A DNA stretch of 62,105 nucleotides, the filler included, from Asterionella formosa (taxonomy: Eukaryota), in NCBI GenBank assembly GCA_002256025.1. It is 11 parts of 11 records of this genome, joined end to end, with 100 filler letters (N's around TTAATTAATTAA, not from the genome) between each part and the next. Parts side by side here need not be neighbours in the genome. Positions count along the whole stretch, not along the records: positions 1 to 5,568 come from NKIB01013011.1; positions 5,669 to 11,236 come from NKIB01013012.1; positions 11,337 to 16,903 come from NKIB01013013.1; 8 more parts are not named here. The stretch is one strand, 5' to 3'. The translations under genes and the position numbers were made by a program. The notes under the pieces were generated by a model. The model saw nothing but the letters and a program-made list of their open reading frames with translations, did not search any database and was not told the DNA's origin. Of this stretch, positions 1-11,568 are shown one piece after another (position 1 is the stretch's first letter; the number at the start of each line of letters is the position of its first letter).

Positions 1-240
1 TTATGTGGGTTTCTAAAATAATTATGGAAGTTGTCGAAACTATTTTAGTTCACTCCGTCCATATACCGTATATTGTATGATGCATCATATTTTATTGTGA
101 TGTCATACCCTTAAATTATGTACGTAGTAGCTAAATTCGTCATATTGGGCCACCCAAATAATTAATTTGTGTGACCATATTTGACTACCGGTAGCGTTTT
201 TTTTGTGGCGGCTGTACCAGTAATCGGCGTTGTAGATGTA
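1..240 (-). repeat. Terminus of a young TIR-type element (reverse complement of 2984-3223), cut off by the contig start
   Basis: 1-240 is the reverse complement of 2984-3223 with one mismatch that I could see. The inner boundary reads ...TAGATG|TA. Confidence 0.85.
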
Positions 241-1600
241 TTTGTATCCTTCTTTTGCATATTCATGAACATGGACTCCAAAGCAATGCTGTTTGTAGAC
301 TCACGTAGTTGCTCGACTTGATCATAAATTGTATTGAACCTTGCTTGCATATCCCGTTGTTTCCCACCCTCCATACCATTTGTTGCCAACTCCTCCATGG
401 TTTGTATAGTGGCACTTCAGCAAAACACCTGAACCATCATCACTGCCAACAATTTCATTACCAGTATCCCCAGTTGTATACTAGCTCTGGGTCCATACAT
501 CCCAACTATTTTCTAAGATGAGCAAGGCATATGCTTCATCCAATACAGTCAGTTTTTTGTGTTTTTGGCTAGCATAATTACCATACGTCATTACCCGAGA
601 AAAAATGTACTTCTCTAGAATAATGAAGGGATGCTCTTCAGGGAATGGCTTATGGTATTTGGTTGAGCACGTTGCCTTTTTTGATCTGAGGTTGTGAGGT
701 TCAATTCCTGCAATTTTTTTGAGAAGCAATGATTGTTGGGTTTGACTCCCACACTCCTTACCGTCCTGCACGGTCTTGCCTGGTGTGCAAGAAATAGTGG
801 ATTGCCCCCTTACAAGCAGCTTGTGCCGCCTTCCCCAGGCGGTTGGGGTTTCCCCTAACGCTGCGGCTAAGACGATCATCTTTCGTGAAGGGTGGTTGGG
901 GACTCACCTACGCTAACAAAACTAGGGAAGCACAGGTCTTGTCAGCAGGCAGCACAATTAATATTTGCTTGCCTTGAAAAAGGGGAGTAGGAATGGGATG
1001 TATAACAGATTATCATTTTTGAAGGGATGTTCTTCAACTTTACCAAAATCTGGTGTTTCCGACCTGGACTGAACAATCTTATTCCGGGAAAGGAACTGTA
1101 ACTTTCCATACTCAACCATTCCTGTTTTTATAATTAAGTATTGTTTGGAAAAGGAAGCCAACAGCAAGCACGACACCTCATTTTGAACTTACATTTGAAA
1201 CCCTTTCTGATTGATGTTGAAACAGCATTCCTTTTTTCTGACATAACTTTGTTGATGTCACACTTATATGTGAACCAAAATGATTCAAACTCTTCGTCAG
1301 TACCATTTCTGAGTGATGGGAAGAAATGATTACGAAGAGCACCAGCAATGCTTTCGGGTTCCCCAATTTCCAAATCATAATCACCTGTGACAAATTTAAC
1401 TTTTGGAAACAATTCCTCTCTGACCCACCAGCTAGTAGTAGCCAGAAGGTTTGTCCAATGTTTGCACTGGCCAATTCCACCTACTACTCCAATTGTTAAA
1501 CGGTTGTTTTCAGCTGCTAATTCACATAGGCGCTTGATTTCCTGTGTACTCGCAGACAATAGAATTTGGAGTTTATCTCTCTCTTGTTCAGCCGTCAACC
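241..1600 (-). pseudogene. Degenerate transposon-associated ORF, interrupted by a SINE-like insertion
   Basis: Fragments FPKVKF..FW..YK..IN..MSEKRN (1134-1598) and TVLDEAYALLILENSWDVW (481-640). Probable intron 1122-1192 (GTAAGT..CAG). The frame rejoins as GKVEEHPFIILEK when 641-1036 is removed. Confidence 0.55.
641..1019 (+). mobile_element. tRNA-headed SINE-like retroposon, family A, full length with a 17-bp TSD
   Basis: A-box-like TGGCTTATGGT and B-box-like GGTTCAATTCC (698-708). Direct repeats TGAAGGGATG(C/T)TCTTCA at 624-640 and 1020-1036. Homologous copies at 47391-47540 and 51474-51768. Confidence 0.8.
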
Positions 1601-1859
1601 TCCTCCCATCTCCTCTCCTTTGACACTCTCTTCCGCTTCATTATACTCCTCAAGTTGATAATCATCATATCCATCCGATGCAGGATTGTCTGGTATGGAA
1701 TCTGTATCAGACAATGATGCAGAATAGGAATTTTCTCCACTGGAATGGCAGCTGCTGGAAGGCGACGCACAAATGCGTAGCTATTGCGACCTGACGCGCT
1801 CTGTCAGCAGTTTATCTGGTAGTCTGGTAGGTAGGTAGCCCTGTAGGTGTGGCTCAAAA

Positions 1860-2983
1860 ACGGCCCATAGTAGTGGCTGTGCTTGGCAGCGTCAATGGTA
1901 CTTCACGTGGTAACTGCAGAAGAATACCTACCTATTTGGAATGCACAACAGTTCTTTCCAAAAGCCAATCATCAGTCTCACCACCGCACCTCTCTTTGAG
2001 CATATGCATACGTACATGCTCCTCCAATACACAGCCAGGGCAGCTGCCACCTTGGCATCAGGATATGGAGAAGGAGATCAACATCACTGTAAGTTTCTAC
2101 TTGCTTTGTGTGCCGTTTCCAGCAAGTGCGGAAATCTATATCATTGCGGGAGCATCCATTCCTTCATGCATGGCCTGGGTTGAGGGATATTTGCGAAGGC
2201 TGTGTGTTCCAATTAATTCAATGATGCCAAGCTTGTTGAACTCACTAACTGACCAAACTTCATCATGCAGGATACGGTATGCCTTATTTTTTGCATCCCG
2301 ACGAGCAAGGAAAATCGGTGGCTTCCAAGAGGAAAAACCCAGTCATTCTCCGGCCCAGTGAGCTGCCATTGGAGCGACATTCCTTCTGTCTCCAGGTGAA
2401 TTGCCAAGTTAAAGTAGTACACAATACTGTGGCTCACTCCATTGCACCCATGAGGAATTGATCTGGTGCATCCCTCTCATGATCCTTGCTTAACATTCTT
2501 GGACCAACACAGCTGACATATCAGGGTACTAAAAGGAAGCAAAACGAAGATTGGGCTTCAAATTTTCCTTCGTCTTTAATCTGAATTGGACACAATCGTC
2601 GATCCGGCCAACCATGTGGAATTGGAAGGCCAGGAACATAGAGAAAGCAACTATCTGGTAGCGGTGGATACTGTCTTTGCATCGTTGAAGTGCAGCAATT
2701 GTGTTGGTAGCTAAGGCAAATTCTTGGGCTTCAAGCAGCGCAAGTGGACGACGTGCTGCTGAGGATGCTTTTCCTTGCTTGCGGAGCGACCCGACCTCCT
2801 TTTTCTTTACAGCCTTGCTTGATTAGTAGCTAGGTCAAGAACAAGCACAGATCTGCCTGGTTGGGTTTCCACAGTTGGCTGGTCATGACATTCCAAGTCG
2901 AGAGCCGGAGTGGCATGAAGTACTAGTAGGACAATGCCGCCCTTCTTGTAATAGCTACTATTCCATTGAGGTTGATCTAGTAG
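1860..2983 (-). mobile_element. Degenerate Crypton-type tyrosine recombinase
   Basis: Frameshifted minus-strand motifs GNPT, RKQGKASS.ARRPL, FQFHMVGRIDD, WSKNV, ERDAPDQFLMGAM, GTHSLRK (2191-2210), NGCSRNDIDFR..WK, PYPDAKVAAAL and CIGGAC, in the order expected for stramenopile Crypton YRs. Confidence 0.8.
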
Positions 2984-3426
2984 TACATCTACAACGCCGA
3001 TTACTGGTACAGCCGCCACAAAAAAAACGCTACCGGTAGTCAAATATGATCACACAAATTAATTATTTGGGTGGCCCAATATGACGAATTTAGCTACTAC
3101 GTACATAATTTAAGGGTATGACATCACAATAAAATATGATGCATCATACAATATACGGTATATGGACGGAGTGAACTAAAATAGTTTCGACAACTTCCAT
3201 AATTATTTTAGAAACCCACATAATTTTTGGGGCCAACTGACAATATTTTCTTGCGACACGAAGAAAAATTTGTTCAGTAATAATCTCTATATTACGGTAC
3301 TTTTCTCTACAATTCGCAACATTTCCGTTCACAAATATTCTTCACTCTGACTACCATAACCGATTTATCTGATAGCTAGCTAGTATAGGTGATGATAATA
3401 AAATTTCTTACTGCCATGCATACCGG
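2984..3426 (+). repeat. Terminus of a young TIR-type element; 2984-3223 matches 1-240
   Basis: Starts TA|CATCTACAACGCC and truncates the Crypton relic. The far boundary is uncertain; it abuts the Copia LTR at 3427. Confidence 0.7.
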
Positions 3427-3756
3427 TGTTAAAGTATCTAGTAATCTTGAGTAGTATACGTCTATACTTCACTCTCAGCTAGCTATTTCTCGTGATCTAC
3501 TTCTAGATCTTTAGTAAATGTCAGAAACTCACTTTCTGCTTTACTTTATTGTGAGCTTTCTACTTCTTAGAATAAGCTCCTTCCTAAGATCCATTTTCGA
3601 TCTTTCAACTTCTACTTCAATCATCTCGTCATCTTCTTTACCAAAACAATTCTGTGGTCCCTGGGAGCCACATTTACTATAACACATAGTTGGAGCTTAA
3701 TCATAGTTGCAGTCACTTTTGTGACTCGACTCAAATGATCCCTTCACTATTTGTCA
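3427..3756 (-). mobile_element. 3' LTR of a Ty1/Copia element
   Basis: Minus strand TG(ACA)...CTTTAACA, directly after the purine-rich tract GAGATCAGGGAGAG (3757-3770) and the end of the RNase H ORF. Confidence 0.7.
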
Positions 3757-5242
3757 CTCTCCCTGATCTCTGGTCCAACAGTCCAGTGTACCGTTTGAGA
3801 TATTAGACGCATGTAGATCGTGGATTCTGGTTATGACATTCTTTGACAGAAGATCTGATGGATTCTTCTCCGTGTTGACATATTGAACTCTTATGTCTCC
3901 ACATTCAACTTTCTCGCGTATAAAGTGATGTCTCACATCAATGTGTTTTGTTCGTCCTCCAACTTACTTGTTCTTCGATAGGAATATTGCGCCAGTATTA
4001 TCTTCTGCACGTTGTTTCCTTTGCTCCAATTGACAGTGACACATATTCAGCCTCAGTGCTTGACAATGTCACTGTTGCCTGCCCTTTTGATATCCAATTA
4101 ACTAGCCCAGTACCGCCAATGGTTCCCAAATAGGCACTCGTTGATTTTCTTGTGTCAGGATTATCGCCGAAAGAGCTGTCAACGACATCTTGTACACGTA
4201 GTTCCTTTCGTGGTCTCAACTTCAATCTTCGATTTTCAGGTTTAGCACAAATATACCCAAGTAGTCTTTCTACTGCGTTCCAGTGCTCATCACCTGGATT
4301 ATCCAAATGTTGTGACAATTCTCGGCATGCATTGGATCAAACAGGACCAATATTTTTAACGTAGTATAGTAGCTTGCCTACCATAGATCGGTACTCTTTA
4401 CTATGCTTCACTGGATTCCCAGTTGACTTTCTCAGCGTAGTACTGGGGAAAGCCGGAGTTGCTGCATCTTTTGGGAAATGTCCAAAGATATCTTTGAAAT
4501 CGTCTTTCATATCTTGGACAAAACTTTCCATACTACTCTCTAAGTAGCGTCCTGTAGAATCCTCTCCCCATTTGTACCACACGCCCAGGTGTTTCTTCAA
4601 TTGTCCAAGCTCTTTAATTGTGAAATATTTCTTTATCTCATTCTTGAACCACTCTACATCACTAGGCTTTCCGGCTATAGCGCAGTCATCAACGTGTGAG
4701 GCAATTAGTAACATTAATTTCCCATTCCGTTTCAAATAGAAAATACATGGGTCCACTTGACATTGAGTCAGACCAACTAATTTCAAAATTTCAACCAGTT
4801 TCTTAAAAAACTGCAAAGCTCCCTGAACTGTCCCATTCATCGCTTTTTTGAGCAAGATGCAATAATTTTCGGTGTCGGCTTTTGTTTCATAGCCAAGCTC
4901 TTCTATTCCTTCTGGCCAGCCAATATAGATTGCTTCGTCTATATCACCTTCTAGGAATGCCGCTTCCACATCAACAATTTCGCAAATCCATCGTTCGTTA
5001 ACATCCTTGCTGTGATTATAGAGTGTGATTGCAAAAACTGTTCTTGTTGTTGTATCGGTTGCAACTGGGGCAAATGACTCTGTGAAGTCGACGCCAAGGA
5101 TTTGTACATATCCCTTCACAACAATTCGTCCTTTGTAGCGGATGGATAAGTCTTGTTCAGACTTCTTCTTAAACACCCATCGACTGCCTAGCATCTTGCG
5201 TTCATTGAGCATTTTCCTTGGAAATTTCTCCCACACTTTCAT
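3754..5242 (-). mobile_element. Ty1/Copia pol (reverse transcriptase + RNase H), frameshifted and 5'-truncated
   Basis: RWVFKKK..RYKGRIVVKGY, FAPV, DVEAAFLEG, DPCIF, SHVDDC, SSTEAEY and HHFIRE..NPSDLLSK across ORFs 4337-5242, 3998-4318 and 3754-3936. Confidence 0.95.
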
Positions 5243-5568
5243 CTAAGCCGCGTATTACGTGAAGTGACCATCACGTAAATAAGCCTAGTTGATTTTGAAT
5301 GGATCACATGAATTAGTTGAATACATCAAAATGCTTACTTGAATATATCTATATATTATCTGAATACATCACGTTAATTATTTGATCAGAGTATCATGCA
5401 TGCATTCCTGATCATCACTATATTACGTGATCACCTTCACATAATTATTTGAAATACTTCACATAATTATTTGAAATACTTCAATTAATTCTGTAATTCA
5501 GTTCACATTGCCTTAAATTTTTGTTCACGTAATTCTATAATATGGTTCATGTAATTTATTAAATTTTT
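5240..5568 (+). mobile_element. Terminus of a TIR DNA transposon inserted into the Copia RT; 22-bp subterminal repeats
   Basis: Starts CATCTAAGCCGCGTATTACGTGA. Reverse-complement homolog at 17004-17347. Contains TTCACATAATTATTTGAAATAC units. Confidence 0.75.
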
Positions 5569-5668
5569 NNNNNNNNNNNNNNNNNNNNNNNNNNNNNNNN
5601 NNNNNNNNNNNNTTAATTAATTAANNNNNNNNNNNNNNNNNNNNNNNNNNNNNNNNNNNNNNNNNNNN
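5569..5668. other. Artificial contig linker (N44-TTAATTAATTAA-N44)
   Basis: Identical 100-nt linkers also at 11237-11336, 16904-17003, 22562-22661, 28212-28311, 33867-33966, 39521-39620, 45172-45271, 50823-50922 and 56460-56559. The core has stops in all six frames. Confidence 0.99.
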
Positions 5669-6497
5669 TCTGAAGTCATAATAACATGGATAAAGAAATT
5701 GCGAATGAAGTTTTCCTTCGATGAAAGAAGATACATCAACAGTGCCAATGATGATAGTATCAGTGCTGACAATGAATAATGATCATATCATGAGAACCAT
5801 CATGCGAGACAATCGCATATTGCATCATGCAGGCATTATAAACTGTAAAATAACTTCTGTATATTATGCTATATATTTTTTTATTTTCAGGCATCATCGT
5901 TCATACATCATCCATCATTCATCATCTATTCATCAGCATCATCAAATTGACTATTGTCCACTTCGAGGGGAGGAGAGGGGGAATGTCTAGCATATTATTG
6001 AGCAGATCAAGCATAGCTTCTCATTTGTCCACTGTGTCTTCGTCATCTTCAATTTTAACCGGACACATGAATTGTTGCCATGGGCAGTGACAAGGTGGTC
6101 ATTCTCAGCCTCTCATGGTCCTCCTCTCCCAGGCTTTCATACAATCACAAATGGGTTGGTGTTGGTTGAGTAAACAGTACAAGAATTACATAATATCACT
6201 TCGAACATTCTCACATGGTGACACTGTACCTGCTCAGCTACCAATCATCTCAAAAAACATGGGCCAAGGGAAAGCGGGGCGTTAAGGTAGCTCTAAGTCA
6301 TCACTACATATTTCATGAGCAACTGTAATACTTCCATTCGACAATGGTCACTAACATATATGGGACTCAAGCTATTGCCAGGTTAAATAAGAGATTACAA
6401 TTAAAGGTTTGCAAAATGTAAATTACTTAAACCCCATAGTCAGCATGCTGCAGTTGATTTCCTCGCTCAATACAGAATGCTGTCAAGGCTGGGCAGC

Positions 6498-7173
6498 CTA
6501 ATTAGGTTCCAGAACAACGGAAATAGCGTGGAAGATGCCGTTGTCGCACGCAATGTCGACAGGGAAGGAAGATCCGCCTCCGAAGTTATCCTCCTGTCCA
6601 ACGATAGCGTCGTTGACAAAGGTCTTGCGGAACTTGCGCTGGTACATGAGAGCCTTGCCGTTGAGCGTAGGGAGATCACCAGTAATGGCGCTTGCAGTGT
6701 ATTTTCCTGGCACGACGTGGTACTTGAGGACTTCGGCCGTCAATGGCTTGCTGTACGCAGCGAAGGCGGAGTCGGTAGGTGCGAAGACAGTGAAGGGGCC
6801 AGGTCCCTTGAGTGCGTCTCCGAGGCCAGCGGCGTTGACGGCATTCACAAACGCACTGAAGTTATCGTAGCCCTTGACTTCATTCTCTTCCTTACCAACC
6901 ATCACACCTTCGGATCCCCAGACCACGGCAGGTCCTTTGAGACTGGCAGCCGTGTCCATGATGTTTGCCGCGAGGGACACAGATGGGCGAAAGGCTATTG
7001 TTGGAGGGGAAAACGTACATGTGTCAAATCATTATGGTTAGATCTTGAGAGACAACAAATTAGATAATTGATATTACGCGGACTTCACCGGTTGACTTAC
7101 CAATTGGAGTAGGGGCAAATGCTGAGGCAGAGGCGACAAGCGCCATGAGGACAACGGATTCCTTAAACATCAT
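6498..7173 (-). CDS. Fasciclin (FAS1) domain protein with a bipartite plastid-targeting presequence, copy A (exons 7173-7101 and 6994-6498)
   Basis: Exon 1 MMFKESVVLMALVASASAFAPTPI. A 106-nt GTAAGT..TAG intron (6995-7100) splices in frame. FAS1 motifs GPFTVFAPTDSAF, LKYHVVPG and NGIFHAI. Confidence 0.9.
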
Positions 7174-8602
7174 GGTGACGGTGATGGTGACGTTGAAAGT
7201 CAAAGTGTGACAGATATTTGCTGGAGTTACGTGTATCTAATTGTGATGTGAGAGATATGCGTGCGTGGTGCTGACAACCATCATTCATGTTGACGTGCGT
7301 GTGTGTACCTGGCAATGGTAGACTACATGTACCAGGTGGTATACAGTTACTTGAAGAAGATGTTATAGATGTTTCCCGTACAACAACGTACCATACTACG
7401 CATTATCATCCCCCTCATCAATCGTCGAAAATTGTTCTTACCGGAACGGTACCAGGTACCTGGTACTAAATGCTGGCAAATACTATCAGGTACCTGGTAC
7501 CTAGACTAAGTGTACGTACAGTATGAAAAATAGTAGATAGATACAAAATATATTTTGCGATCGGTTTAGTCGTTCCAATTTGTTTTTGATAGGTCGTATA
7601 CCGTAGTGGGGTCTACAAGGAGGTACCGGTACCCCGGTACCTGGTACATAAAGAACCGTAAGCGAAACGGTTGTCGGTTTCAGAAAGGATCATGTTTTGG
7701 GGTACAATCGGGACTTGGTACTACGCAGGTGTGGAAGGGTTACATTTACATGATTTTCAGAAATGAGTCCTTCGTTCATTTCTACCAAACCAATTTGTGC
7801 TTTTAGGAATCATGAAAGATGTATTAAGGACATCGTTACCAAGAGCTATATATACCAGCTCCTACACAGGCTACCTCAGGTACTTCGAGCATGAATCCAG
7901 CCAACACACGGAGGCAATACATTGTTTACTTCATTTCAGTCTTTTTGTGTTTATCAGCAGTGTCATTACTATTAGATTGATGGATATGATGGCAGTTGCA
8001 TTGAAGTGGTGACGTGACAGAATGAGCAAAATTGCTAATTAAGCAAACTGACTTTAAACAAAACAGTCCTAAATTAAGCAAAACCAATGGAAGCAAATGG
8101 CACAAAAGGCAACCCAGATTGGTCTGAATATTTTCGGCTAAATCAGGATAAAGCTAAATATAATTTGGAGCAACAAGCCAGCTGGGCCGGTTTACTGAAT
8201 GGATATCAATATACACACATGTATCAATTTGGAATTGGAATCACTGTCTATTGCCAGCACGATGATGCACTTAGAACTAGATATAGCAAAATTACCACAT
8301 CTTGCAGCAGCTAACCCACTGGTACCACCAGGAAGGTCCGGTAGCGAACAAGGTCTTACGCGCACCTTTTCAGTTTCAACACAGTCCCAATGGATCATCT
8401 CATGCCTCCCAGACAAGATAGGCCAGCTTTCGATGAAAAAGATACCTATAAAAATTTTAGAAAAAAATTACTCCTATTGACCGATGACGATTTGCAGAGT
8501 CAGTCTCTGAACATGACTCGGATTTGCTGACTTATAAATGGGTTCAAGAAACCGTCTTCTAGCTTCAGAATCCACATTGGAATCCTATTTTTCTTCGGTT
8601 AG

Positions 8603-8682
8603 GCTGACAATGACTAGGATTTGCAGACAACAACTAGAATTTTCTGACTATGACTAGAAGTTGCTGACAGCGACTAGAACTT
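8603..8682 (+). repeat. Degenerate 20-bp tandem repeat, 4 copies
   Basis: GCTGACAATGACTAGGATTT and three variants back to back. Confidence 0.75.
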
Positions 8683-9901
8683 GCGAATAAGAATACTGGT
8701 AGATTTTCTGAATGGCCCTTATGCCTATGAAGTATAAACATAAACGAACACAAACCGCTACCCCCTGATTACCTTGCCAAAACTAAATATAAGCATATGT
8801 AACGTCACATCTATATACATAACGTCACATCTATACACATGAGGAATATTATTTTCATCGAAAGCTAGCTTATCTTGTCCAGCAGGCATGAGATGATCCA
8901 AGGTGCGCATAAAATATGCACTACCGGACCTTCAAGGGGTAGTACCTGGTACTGGCATACATCATGCATTTGCGAAATATTTTCGACTACTGGTAGAGCC
9001 TAGTAGCTAGACAGGAATCTAAAATGCGCAAACAGCCGAATTTTCAAGAAATCATGACATTACAGAGAAAGGAAAATAATTCAATTATAAGCATTAGGTG
9101 GATTTTTGTCAACTCTCTTTGTCAAAAGTATATGAAAGCCTTGGTTCTGTATATGATCAACACGGCAAATGAAACAAAGAACCAAATGCGCGATTCTGCA
9201 GTGATTGATGATGCTGAACCAGGTCAATGTGATGATTGAATTCATCAAAAGATGAAAGCTGTTTCCATTTTTTCAACCTGCAATCTTTCCTTGTGGTATC
9301 AACAACCTGTACAGACATTGTTGTCAAATGAGCTCAAGTTGATCATACTCAGCAATTACTTGGCTGTACTTTGGGTCATTTTGAGTGATGCATATTGCAA
9401 ATTAGTTTCATGAAGTCAAGATCAACAATTTAATAAAATTAAATGCATATACACCACTACTAGACAGTAGACTTCAATGAATTCAATGAAGTTTAATCCA
9501 TGCTGCTAAGCCTAAAAGTGGAACTGAAGTTAGAAAAAGGAGTTTGAAACCAGGTATTCACCTTGCAAGTAATACAAATCAGTAAGTACTGATCCGGGAA
9601 TTGCTGGGATAGTTGAGACATACAACTGGAATTGACAAATGCTCCCAATCTAACATATGGCATTGATCCCATGATTGATGTCAAACTCATCACAAATTTG
9701 ACTTTCTTTCTTTCCTCCCATCTAGTAATATTTTGTGGGGGATGTACAGTCTTATTCAACCTCCATACTTTCGTCCTGTTTTCTAATATGGCTATGGTTT
9801 ATACGGTACCATTAGATTCAATAACTGGTTAACAAAAGTTTGAATTATCTGAATATCTGACACCAACAATTCACCTCTTTGTGATTTGAATATCTCATTC
9901 T

Positions 9902-10619
9902 TTACTGAACGCCACCAAGGCCGGCTTCAGCACCGACGGCGGCAAAGCTAGGGTCCAAGACGGTGGAGATGGCGTGGATGATACCGTTGTCGCACGCAAT
10001 GTCGACAGGGAAGGAAGATCCGCCTCCGAAGTTATCCTCCTGTCCGACAATAGCGTCATCTACAAAGGTCTTGCGGAACTTGCGCTGGTACATGAGAGCC
10101 TTGCCGTTGAGCGTAGGGAGATCACCAGTAATGGCGCCTGCAGTGTATTTTCCTGGCACGACGTGGTACTTGAGGACTTCGGCCGTCAATGGCTTGCTGT
10201 ACGCAGCGAAGGCGGAGTCGGTAGGTACGAAGACAGTGAAGGGGCCAGGTCCCTTGAGTGCGTCTCCGAGGCCAGCGGCGTTGACGGCATTCACAAACGC
10301 ACTGAAGTTATCGTAGCCCTTGACTTCATTCTCTTCCTTACCAACCATCACACCTTCGGATCCCCAGACCACGGCAGGTCCTTTGAGACTGGCAGCCGTG
10401 TCCATGATGTTTGCCGCGAGGGACATCGATGGGCGAAAGGCTATTATTGGAGGGGAAAACGGACAGATATCAAAGCATAATGGTTAGATTTCGAGAGACA
10501 AGAAATTAGACAATCGAGATCAAGCGGACTTCACCGGTTAACTAACCAATTGGAGTAGGGGCAAATGCTGAGGCAGAGGCGACAAGCGCCATGAGGACAA
10601 CGGATTCCTTAAACATCAT
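9902..10619 (-). CDS. Fasciclin (FAS1) domain protein with a bipartite plastid-targeting presequence, copy B (exons 10619-10547 and 10440-9902)
   Basis: Same exon 1 as copy A and a 106-nt GT..AG intron (10441-10546). Near-identical FAS1 core with a different C-terminus. Confidence 0.9.
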
Positions 10620-11336
10620 TGTGACGGAGATGGTGACGTTGAAAGTGAAATTGTGAGATTACTTGGCGCTCTGTGGTGCCAAGGCATCTGCATGATGCGT
10701 GGTCTTGAAATGTAATTCGACGTGCGTGTGTCGAAACAATATCTTATTACTAGGGATTTAGAATATCCGGTTGACGACTGTGGTGGAACGAACGCAAAGC
10801 TAGGCCGAATTTGCTTTGCGATCTTATCAGGTTGTTCTACGGGAACTGGTTGACTTTATTAGCTAATATCCGCTACTAGACATGACCAGGTACCGCTACC
10901 GGTAGTAAATAAATGAACCATCATCAGTGACATCACTTGCTTGACGATGTCCTGTCACCGAGAAACTTGAAAATGAACAAAGTACGTATTCGGCATCCAA
11001 CATACCGGCAGCGGTAATCGTCATGTCATGGGTCATGAAGAAAATATAGTAGAGGAACGTCCACGTGAAAGCACCTTGGGAATTGTTCCAAAATGTGCAT
11101 TGTAGGAGGGGTACAACATTTCTCTAACAGGTGCTCGGTGTACCAAATTTGTCTGCGGCCCTTCCGGAATGGTACATACCGGTATCTACCTTCCATGATA
11201 TTGGCATCACATTGCTCATACCTGGAACCCTGATACNNNNNNNNNNNNNNNNNNNNNNNNNNNNNNNNNNNNNNNNNNNNTTAATTAATTAANNNNNNNN
11301 NNNNNNNNNNNNNNNNNNNNNNNNNNNNNNNNNNNN

Positions 11337-11568
11337 GGTTTATGATATTGATGAGAAATGTTGTTGATCAGTTGATATACATTGTGTGATGATAATGTTC
11401 TTATTATCATTATACTTCAAGGTTGGTAAAATATTAATAAATCATCATAGTTACAGGATACCTTGATCATAGTTTTGATCCAAAAATTATCATATATACG
11501 AAAATCCTGTGCCACTTAGCATACAATACCCTTGATCCTATATGCATGATACTTTTTATTTGCAGATG
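11337..11568 (+). repeat. Dispersed repeat (element terminus), homologous to 27586-27802
   Basis: About 220 bp of high similarity ending TTATTTGCAGA(TG/CA). Confidence 0.8.

Noticed and set aside
1..3223. Single long-TIR element carrying a Crypton as cargo
   Set aside because: The inner ends look like TA-flanked termini and cut older ORFs, so two independent insertions fit better. Not fully excluded.
6477..7067. Long plus-strand ORFs opposite the fasciclin genes, and similar antisense ORFs over VPS51, SLC33A1, gag and the monooxygenase
   Set aside because: Shadow ORFs produced by codon bias on the real coding strand; no motifs.
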